Of a stretch of DNA of 23,318 nt, positions 16,032 to 23,318 are shown in pieces. Each line of letters begins with the position of its first letter. Positions within the stretch are counted from its first letter, which is position 1. The translations under genes were made by a program, and so were the position numbers. Under the pieces are notes generated by a model. The model saw only the letters and a program-made list of their open reading frames with translations. It did not search any database and had not been told where the DNA came from. The stretch is from contig CAVTUQ010000024.1 of NCBI GenBank assembly GCA_963737905.1, positions 1-23,318 on the forward strand. The letters run 5' to 3'. This stretch comes from an uncultured delta proteobacterium. Its GTDB lineage: Bacteria > Desulfobacterota > Binatia > UBA9968.

Positions 16032-19000
16032 TTAACTCAACTGCTCAAGTTCCGCTTCCGCCTTTTCCAGCCACAATCCCATTTCTATTTCCCGCATCAT
16101 TGCGACGCCATTGAGATATGCCTTCGCTTGCTCCAGATACCTGTTTTACGATAAAGTTTTCCGAAACCCACGTGGCAGTGAGCGATAAGCGGTCGCATGC
16201 GGAGTTCATCGGCTAAGGCCATCGCTTGCTCATAATGATTTTCCGCCTTTGCCGTATAAGGAACATCGGCGTACAAAAGAATCTCACCTAGAACGTAAAG
16301 TGGCTATTGCTGCGTAGCCGCGATATCCTTGGCGCCGGGAAAAATCAAGCGCCTGGTTGGCAAGTGAGGTGGCTTCTTCCAGTTTACCGATCAACAAGTA
16401 GCCCTGCGCTAACTGTCCGCGGCCAAAAAATCCTAGCTCGCTTTTTCGTCAATTCCAACAGGGGTATAGCCTCACCAACCCGTCCAGCTGCAGCAAACGC
16501 ATTCCCGAGAACCACCGCCACACGAGCAACATTCTGTTGAATGTCCCATGATCGGCAAAGTTCCAGGCTCCGTTCGAGTGCGGCGATCGCCTTATCAATA
16601 GCACCTTTCCTCAGATGCATGCATCCTACAGCGAAGTATGCGGTGTAGAGATTGTAGGGGTGATTAGCCACCTCCGCTATGCGTACCACTTCATTGGCGT
16701 GAATCGCCGCTTCAGCGAACTCGCCAAGGTCCGAAAAAGGAAGTCAAATGATAACGCGATCCGACCGAGGCAAGAAACACCAAGCCGAAGCGTTCGTATA
16801 TTTGATCGCCTACGAGTGCGTCGACATTTAGTCTGAAATGTTCAATGGCTTGATCGTACTCGCCTCGTCTGTAATGGGCCGAGCCAAGGAAATGATTAGC
16901 TTGAATCCGGAGACTGAAATCATCAATTGCCGATGCGATCGCGAGCGCGCGTTGACCCGTTTCGATAGCTTGAAGAGCATCATCTCCTGCCTGAACAAAG
17001 TACCCACTCAGATAGGCCGAAACTTGACCGAGCCGTCCTTGGTCATTCAGTGACTCAGCCAACGCTTCGGCTTCGCGCATTCGTTCTAACAACTTCGCTT
17101 GCTCCCCAAGTGGTTGAAGCGAATTTCGAAGCTCAAGCCGAATGTCGATGGCCTGCTCCAGAGTTTGGCGATTTTCAGGACGGTGTTTCAGTGCTTCGAG
17201 CGCTTGCTGGAGATAAGTTACCGCCTCGCTGTGCACTGAACGATTCGCGGCCTTCGCGCCAGCCTGCCGCAAGTAGCTCAGCGCTTTATCCCACACTTCG
17301 CCTCGTAACGCGTGGTAAGCGAGCCGCTCTACTTGTTCGGTCAGTCGGCCGCTATGGAGCCTCTCGATCCCCTCAACGACAGCGGCGTGCAACGAACGCC
17401 GACGATCTTGGACGAGACTTCCGTAGGCGACTTGGCAAGTAAGACCATGCTTGAAAGTATATTCAAGATCCGGAAATAGTTTGGTTTCGTAGAGAAATTC
17501 CGCCGCCTGAAGGTGAACCAGAGCCGCGACGCAACTCCTCTTCCGGCAGCTGGGCAATAGCAGACAGAAGCGTGAATGGAATATCCTCGCCGATCACTGC
17601 GGCCGATTGGAGAAGACGCTTCTCTTCCGCAGGCAGGCGATCGATCCTAGCGGCCAGCACCGCCTGAACCGTCGCGGGCACCTCAATACTCTCAACGGGT
17701 TTGGCCAAGCGATAGACGCCTCGCTCGCTTTCGAGTACTTTGGTTTCCACCAGCGTTCGGACGCTCTCTTCTAGGAAAAACGGGTTTCCCTCTGTGCGTG
17801 CAATCAAGAGTTGCTTGAGACTTTGAAGACTAGAATCATTTCCCAGCAAGCTCTGGAGCAATTCCTCGGCGCTCTCCGTGGGCAGAGGATCGAGCCGAAG
17901 TTGAGAGTAGAAGGTCTTGCTTGCCCAGCTATGTTGGTATTCCGGACGATAATTCACTAGCAAGAGCAGCCGTGCGGTCGGTAGACTTTCCAACAGACTA
18001 TCGAGCACCGCTTGCGTTTCTGAATCGAGCCAGTGCAGGTCTTCAAACACGATCAGTAATGGCTGCGCTTGGCTCTCTCGAATCAGGAGATGTTTACAAG
18101 CGTCCAATGTTCGCTGGCGCTTTTGAGGGGGATCGAGAGCCTGCCATTGTTGGATCTCGACAGGTAGATCCAGCAGGGCGAGAAATGCCGGTAACGTCGG
18201 CCCCAAGGATTGATCGAGGGTCAGCAGTTTCCCGGTTAGCTTCTCGCGAATTTCGCGCTGGTTATCTCGGTCATGGATTTTGAAATACGCCTTGAGAAGA
18301 TCGAGCAAAGGAAGATACGGCGTCGCCTTACCGTAAGAAACCGAGCCAGATTCGACGATTAACCATCCCTGTGTCCGATGCGAATGGGTAAACTCATAGA
18401 ATAAGCGCGATTTGCCGACACCAGGTTCTCCGACCACACCGACCACCTGACCATGGCCTGTTTCTGCTCGCTCAAGCGCTTTTCGAAGCTGCTCGGTTTC
18501 AGCATCGCGCCCGACGAATCGAGTAAGCCCCCGGCTAGCCGCCGCTTGCAACCGCGTGCGCGCTGCACCAGCGCCGGTCACCTCATAGACTTCCGCCGGT
18601 TCGCTCATCCCCTTCACATTAACCGGACCGATTGATTTCACTTGAACAAAGCCCTCGGCAAGGCGAAGGGTATCAGCAGTTATCAGAACCGACCCCGGCA
18701 TCGCCATCTGCTCCATCCGAGCAGCCAAGTGCGTGGTCTGACCCACAGCTGTGTAATCCATCTTCAAGTCACTCCCGATGGACCGCACAACGACCTCGCC
18801 TGAGTTCAAACCAACTCTTATCTGGATAGGAATTCCCTCGGTCCGCCTTAGTCCCTCAGCATACCTCTTAACCGACTCCTGCATCCTGAGCGCCGCGTAG
18901 CATGCTCGGACAGCATGGTCTTCATGCGCCAGCGGCGCGCCAAACAGCGCCATGACGCCATCGCCCATGACCTGATTGACTGTTCCCTCGTAGCGGTGCA

Positions 19001-19373
19001 CCGCTTCCATCATCTGTTCAAGGATTGGATCAAGGAGTTTGCGCGCATCCTCCGGGTCACGGTCCGCAAGCAACTCCATCGATCCTTTCATGTCGGCGAA
19101 CAGTACCGTGACTTGCTTGCGCTCACCTTCGAGCGCGCTCTTCGACGTAAGAATCTTTTCGGCGAGGTGTTTGGGAGTGTAGGTCTCAAGCGAAGTAAAG
19201 CGCCGTTGCGTAACTACGCCAGCGCCCACCGGATGCGCGCACTCGGGGCAAAACTTTGCGGTCGCGGAAAGCTGAGTGCCACAGTTCACACAGCTGCGGG
19301 CCAGCGGAGCCGCACACTCCTCGCAGAACTTTGCTCCGGATGGATTTTCATGCTGGCAGCGAGAACACTTCAT
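16032..19373 (-). pseudogene. Second zinc ribbon - class III cyclase - STAND ATPase - TPR gene, frameshifted in its 3' part
   Basis: ORF 19373-17463 closely parallels the first ~620 aa of 10947-14342. Homology continues through frame changes near 17525, 16735, 16420, 16300 and 16140: ..VHLQAAEFLYE.., ..LGEFAEA.., ..LAQGYLLIGKLEEA.., ..LYVLGEI..MRPLIAHCH.., ..MGLWLEKAEAELEQLS* (stop at 16032-16034). Confidence 0.88.
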
Positions 19374-19595
19374 TTAGGTTTCCCATCGTCGGACTGAGAA
19401 GAGTGCGATCGACTTCAAATGTCTCATCCTCTGCCTTGCACTCAAGGGGGAGTAGAAAATCTCATGGCCCCTGGTCGGCAAGCTGGCGGTTTTTGCCTAC
19501 CACTGTTTCGATTCATTGTCCACATCAGTTTCCTGCTCTTCCGAACTACGGGCAAGGGAGAATCGACTCGGCTGGTTTGAAGAGAAGAACCGCCG

Positions 19596-19626
19596 TGGTA
19601 TGAATGGTCGCGAATACCAAATGGTA
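19596..19626 (+). promoter_or_regulatory. Putative RHH antitoxin operator (TGGTA/TACCA boxes)
   Basis: TGGTAT (19596-19601) ... ATACCA (19614-19619) and TACCA-AA-TGGTA (19615-19626), 20-50 nt upstream of the antitoxin start. Confidence 0.5.
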
Positions 19627-19645
19627 GGCGCAGGAACAATCCTTT

Positions 19646-19900
19646 ATGGCAATGAAAAAAATCGCGATCTCGCTGCCCGAGCCTGTTCTGGAGCGAATCG
19701 ATAAACTAGCCGCAAGCCGGGGCGAGTCCAGGAGCCACCTGATTGCGACGGTCCTAGACCGCGTGGCGCGCGCCAAACGCGATCGGGACGTAACGGCTCG
19801 AATTGATGCGCTCCTAGCCGATGAAATGATCGCAGCTGAGCAGAAGTCCACAGCGGACGAGTTTCTTCGGATGTCCCCTTGGCCCAGAGGGAAGTGGTAA
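19646..19900 (+). CDS. Ribbon-helix-helix (CopG-like) antitoxin
   Basis: MKKIAISLPEPVLERIDKLAASRGESRSHLI is an RHH signature. The gene overlaps the downstream toxin start. Confidence 0.88.
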   Translation: MAMKKIAISLPEPVLERIDKLAASRGESRSHLIATVLDRVARAKRDRDVTARIDALLADEMIAAEQKSTADEFLRMSPWPRGKW

Positions 19901-20241
19901 TACACCAAGGTGACCTGTACTGGATCGCCTTTGGCAGTGGCCGGGGTTCAGAACCCTGGGGCCGCAGGCCAGCCCTGGTCTTACAACACGATCGATTTAA
20001 CCAGAGTCGTCTGAATACAGTTGTAGTCGTCGCCATTACTTCTAACCTCCGCTACGCCTCACTGCCTGGTAATGTTCGCCTGCGGAAAGGCGAGGGAGAC
20101 TTGCCAAAGACATGCGTGGCCAATGTCACGCAGATTCAGACTATCAACCGAGCCTACTTAATCCAGAAAATAGGAACTCTCCCTCGCCACCTGTTGCGGC
20201 GCGTTTGGGACGGAGTGCGGCTCGTGGCAGAAGTAGACTAA
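19894..20241 (+). CDS. mazF: PemK/MazF-family endoribonuclease toxin
   Basis: QGDLYW..GSEPWGRRPALVLQHDRFN..TVVVVAITS..SLPGNVRL..ANVTQIQTI motifs. Likely GTG start at 19894, coupled to the antitoxin stop. Confidence 0.9.
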   Translation: MVIHQGDLYWIAFGSGRGSEPWGRRPALVLQHDRFNQSRLNTVVVVAITSNLRYASLPGNVRLRKGEGDLPKTCVANVTQIQTINRAYLIQKIGTLPRHLLRRVWDGVRLVAEVD

Positions 20242-20268
20242 TAAGCTCAAACTCGCATTGAGGACACT

Positions 20269-22113
20269 TCATGCCGAAGCCTCCAGCACGGGTAGAGAGA
20301 AGCTGAAAGTAGAACCCTCGCCTGGAGCGCTGGATACGGTGATCCGCCCGCCGTGCAGCTCAACTAGCAAGCGTGTGATCACGAGCCCAAGCCCCGTGCC
20401 ACCACCCACCTGGGGCGAGCGATCGTGCGCTCTGAAAAATTTAGTAAACAGTTGCGCCTGATCTTCGGGCGAGAGGCCAATGCCAGTGTCGCTGACGTCC
20501 ACGCGCACAAACCCATCGTCGCGCCGGGCTCCAACCGTAATGCTGCCCTCCACCAGCGTGTACTTGTGGGCGTTGGAGATAAGGTTCGTCAGGATCTGCG
20601 TCACGCGGTCTTGATCTGCCCACACAGCCGGTAGCGGCTCGACGAGGTCGAGGCTGAGCCGCTGCCGCTTGGTTTCGATCAACGGGCGCAACGAGCCGGC
20701 GACCTCCGGGATCAGATGGGCGAGGTCCAGGTTCGTGCGGTGGAGATCGAGCCTGCCTGCCTCCATGCGCGAGAGATCAAGGAGATCGTTGATCAGCCCC
20801 AGCAGCCGGTCCGCGTTCTTCTTGACCAGGGTCAGGCTCTCGCGCTGCTCTCCAGCGATCTGCTCGTCCTCGAGCAGCAGTTCGGCGTAGCCCTGAATCG
20901 AGGTGAGCGGCGTCCGCAGTTCGTGCGAAACCATCGAGACGAACTCGGTCTTCAACCGGTTCGCCTCCTGAATGGCCACGTTCTGCTGTTCGAGCTGGTA
21001 ATTTTTCCGGCGGAGTTCCTCCTCCAGAAGCCTCCGCTCATGCGCCCGGTCCAACGACTCGGCCATCTGGTCGAACGCGCCAGCGAGCTGGCCCAGCTCC
21101 CCCTGCTCATGGGGAAGACCGGTGCGCACGCCCAACTCCCCAGCAGCGACTCGTTTCGTCGCTTCCACGAGGGCTTGAATCTGGCGGACGATAAACAGGT
21201 TTCCACCCACCCAGGCTGCGGCGAGCGCGAGTCCAGCGACGAGCCCCAGCATCGCAAGATTGCGGGCGAGAATCTGGTTGACGCCGGCAAAAGCGACAGC
21301 CGCCGGGATGCCAACGCTCACGTACGCGTCCGCGCTTTGCGCAGCGCCGCCGAACGGCGCGAACGAAAAGAGCCGCGGTATGCCGTCCGTGCCCGGAGCA
21401 TCGACCGTGCCATTACCCTTTTGAGTCTGAATGGCGTTCAAGACGAGCGGCTCCGGCATGAGCTTGCCAATCCATTTCCCGTCGTCCGGATAGCGCGACA
21501 GAATCGTGCCGTTGCGGTCGGTCACCGTCAGCATTGTTCCTTCCGGCAATCCCGCTTGGCTAGCCAGTTTGTTGAGCCAGTCCAAATCGAGCGCCGCGAA
21601 AACTACCGCTTGGACACGGGCCGCGTCGTCGAGCACAGGATAGCCGAAATTGACGCTTGCCCTATAGGTGAGGCGCCCGACCTGATACTCGCCGATGGCG
21701 AAGTCACGGGTCTCGAAGGCGCGCCGAAAATAGACGCGGTCGCCAAGGTAGGCTTGACCGGGGACGGCGCTGCAAAAGATGTTGCCATCGGCGTCGATGA
21801 CTCCCAGGTTAGCGTACGACGAACGTTGCGCGAGGAGATTGGCGAAGAGCGCGTTGCAAGCGGCGCGGTTACGATCGCGAACGGCGGGGAGTTGCGCAAG
21901 CGTCACGAGAAGCTGTTGTGCGTCATCGATCAGACGCTCGTAATCTGCAGAAACGAGGCGGGATAGGCGCATGGCGTGCTCTTGCACGAGCTCCTTTCTG
22001 AGCTGGCGCTCTTCCAGGTTAGTGTAGAGCGCGAGCCCCAACGCCGGGATGACGGCGAGAAGCACGAGCAGCAAGAGCCGGGTCCGCAGACTTCCAAGAG
22101 AAAGTCGCGCCAT
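20269..22113 (-). CDS. Membrane sensor histidine kinase (Cache - HAMP - HisKA - HATPase_c)
   Basis: Two TM helices flank a Cache-like domain (DRVYFRRA); HAMP ELGQLAGAFDQMA; H-box SHELRTPLTSI; N-box NLISNAHKYT; G boxes DTGIG and GGTGLGL. Confidence 0.95.
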   Translation of the reverse strand: MARLSLGSLRTRLLLLVLLAVIPALGLALYTNLEERQLRKELVQEHAMRLSRLVSADYERLIDDAQQLLVTLAQLPAVRDRNRAACNALFANLLAQRSSYANLGVIDADGNIFCSAVPGQAYLGDRVYFRRAFETRDFAIGEYQVGRLTYRASVNFGYPVLDDAARVQAVVFAALDLDWLNKLASQAGLPEGTMLTVTDRNGTILSRYPDDGKWIGKLMPEPLVLNAIQTQKGNGTVDAPGTDGIPRLFSFAPFGGAAQSADAYVSVGIPAAVAFAGVNQILARNLAMLGLVAGLALAAAWVGGNLFIVRQIQALVEATKRVAAGELGVRTGLPHEQGELGQLAGAFDQMAESLDRAHERRLLEEELRRKNYQLEQQNVAIQEANRLKTEFVSMVSHELRTPLTSIQGYAELLLEDEQIAGEQRESLTLVKKNADRLLGLINDLLDLSRMEAGRLDLHRTNLDLAHLIPEVAGSLRPLIETKRQRLSLDLVEPLPAVWADQDRVTQILTNLISNAHKYTLVEGSITVGARRDDGFVRVDVSDTGIGLSPEDQAQLFTKFFRAHDRSPQVGGGTGLGLVITRLLVELHGGRITVSSAPGEGSTFSFSLPVLEASA

Positions 22114-22116
22114 GGT

Positions 22117-23318
22117 TCACGTGCCCCCTTCGCCAGCATTCTTTCGCCTCAGCCAAACGTGCACACGCGCACGGATGTGCGTTGGCTTGAATGGCTTGGT
22201 CACGTAGTCGGTGACCCCAGCCGCGAATCCCTCCGCTGTGTCCTCTGCCTCCACCTGTGCGGTCAGAAGCACCACGGGGACGTTGCGGAGGTCCGGGTCT
22301 GACTCGGCGCGCAGGGCGCGGCACACCTCCAGCCCATTGCGGCCGGGCATGTTCCAGTCCAGCAGGAGAAGATCCGGGCGCTCGGCGCGGGCGATCTCCA
22401 GCGCTGCGTTCCCGTCGCTCGCCGACAATAGCCGGTAGCCCTCTGGCCGGAGTGTCATGGTCAAAAGACGCAGGATGTCCGGGTCGTCGTCAACGAGTAA
22501 GATGGTTGCTGACGCGGCTCCAACCCCTTTGGCAATGGCATCTTCCGGTCGCCTCTCGGTGCGTGGCGCGACGGCCTCCCGCTCCGCCAGTTCGATTGTC
22601 TGGCCCTCTGCAGCAGCAAACACGTCGAGCCCGCCGGCAGCGGCGCGCCGGCGGCAGATCTCCACAAGCTGGTCTAGCGCCGTGTCATCTCGGAGCGGAT
22701 CATGGTGAAACAGCGCCAGCCGCTTCACGCCCGCTGCGAGAGCAAAGTCCACGGCCAGCTCGGCCGGGCTATGGCCCCATGTGAGCTTGCTCGGGTACTC
22801 CTTCAGCGTGTACTGCGCATCGTGGATCACGAGGTCAGCGCCGGCGAGGAACGCGACGTGCCGCTGGTCCTCGCGGTGAACCGGGAGAGCCTGAGCTGAG
22901 CTGGTTAACTGGGGCTGATGGCGCGAATGCGGCTCGTGATCGGTTGCGTAGACCACCGTCACGCCGCCGGCTTCCAAGCGGTAACCCAGCGCAAGCCCGG
23001 GGTGGTTCAGGTAACGGGCCGTAACCCGAACGTTGCCAAGGTCAAAGGTGCCCTCAGCAAGCTCGTGGTAGCGAATCGTGGCGTCGAGCTGGCCAAGTGT
23101 CACCGGGAAATATGTGTACTCCATCTGCCCGGCGAGGGTATCCTCCAGTCGCTGCCCCAAACCCTGCGCCGCATAGACGTCCCATTCGTTCCCCGGGATG
23201 AAGAGCGGCGCAAAAAAAGGAAAACCCTGGATGTGGTCCCAGTGCGTGTGAGTGAGCAGGAGATGACCGCGTATGGGACGCTCGCCCGACGCCACCAGGC
23301 TGCGGCCGAGATCATGGG
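22117..23318 (-). CDS. Metallo-beta-lactamase-fold hydrolase fused to a C-terminal receiver domain (5' end outside the window)
   Basis: THTHWDHIQG, LNHPG, ATDHE, HDAQY, WGHS and FHHDP motifs, then receiver ILLVDDD..LLLDWNMP..LLTA..YVTKPF. The frame stays open to the window edge (HDLGRSLVASG...). Confidence 0.92.
   Translation of the reverse strand, partial: HDLGRSLVASGERPIRGHLLLTHTHWDHIQGFPFFAPLFIPGNEWDVYAAQGLGQRLEDTLAGQMEYTYFPVTLGQLDATIRYHELAEGTFDLGNVRVTARYLNHPGLALGYRLEAGGVTVVYATDHEPHSRHQPQLTSSAQALPVHREDQRHVAFLAGADLVIHDAQYTLKEYPSKLTWGHSPAELAVDFALAAGVKRLALFHHDPLRDDTALDQLVEICRRRAAAGGLDVFAAAEGQTIELAEREAVAPRTERRPEDAIAKGVGAASATILLVDDDPDILRLLTMTLRPEGYRLLSASDGNAALEIARAERPDLLLLDWNMPGRNGLEVCRALRAESDPDLRNVPVVLLTAQVEAEDTAEGFAAGVTDYVTKPFKPTHIRARVHVWLRRKNAGEGGT

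Noticed and set aside
17500-17560. Programmed ribosomal frameshift joining the cyclase fragments
   Set aside because: No slippery heptamer at the junction, and four more shifts downstream would also be required.
19443-19500. yybP-ykoY riboswitch-like start (AAGGGGGAGTAG)
   Set aside because: The downstream conserved CGUCAAUAC-type loop and closing stem are not evident, and the downstream gene is a TA module rather than a Mn-related gene.
20716-21966. 416-aa plus-strand ORF (and similar long antisense ORFs such as 1916-2644)
   Set aside because: These are shadow ORFs antisense to well-supported genes in GC-rich DNA and have no recognisable motifs.

Overview
A GC-rich bacterial accessory region with no mobile-element enzyme genes, rRNA, tRNA or CRISPR array. 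Left part (+): a frameshifted ferritin-like diiron protein gene, a SnoaL/NTF2 protein, a BBE-like FAD oxidoreductase, an ArsM-like SAM methyltransferase and an EamA/DMT transporter. The methyltransferase appears to be a selenoprotein: its in-frame UGA falls at a catalytic Cys position, a SECIS-like hairpin follows, and the ORF track splits the gene in two. Middle (-): an orphan NMT1/SsuA-type binding protein, an amidohydrolase, a TPP enzyme and a MAPEG protein. Right part: a vapBC-type and a mazEF-type toxin-antitoxin pair bracket two paralogous zinc-ribbon/class III cyclase/STAND ATPase/TPR genes (one intact, one frameshifted in its 3' part) and a second BBE oxidoreductase. The window ends with a Cache-HAMP histidine kinase and a metallo-beta-lactamase-fold hydrolase/receiver fusion cut by the window edge. 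Seven short elements built from degenerate 7-nt or 9-nt tandem units, mostly as inverted arms, recur: six lie just 3' of genes and one sits in frame inside a cyclase CDS. All family assignments come from motif recognition by eye; no database search was run.
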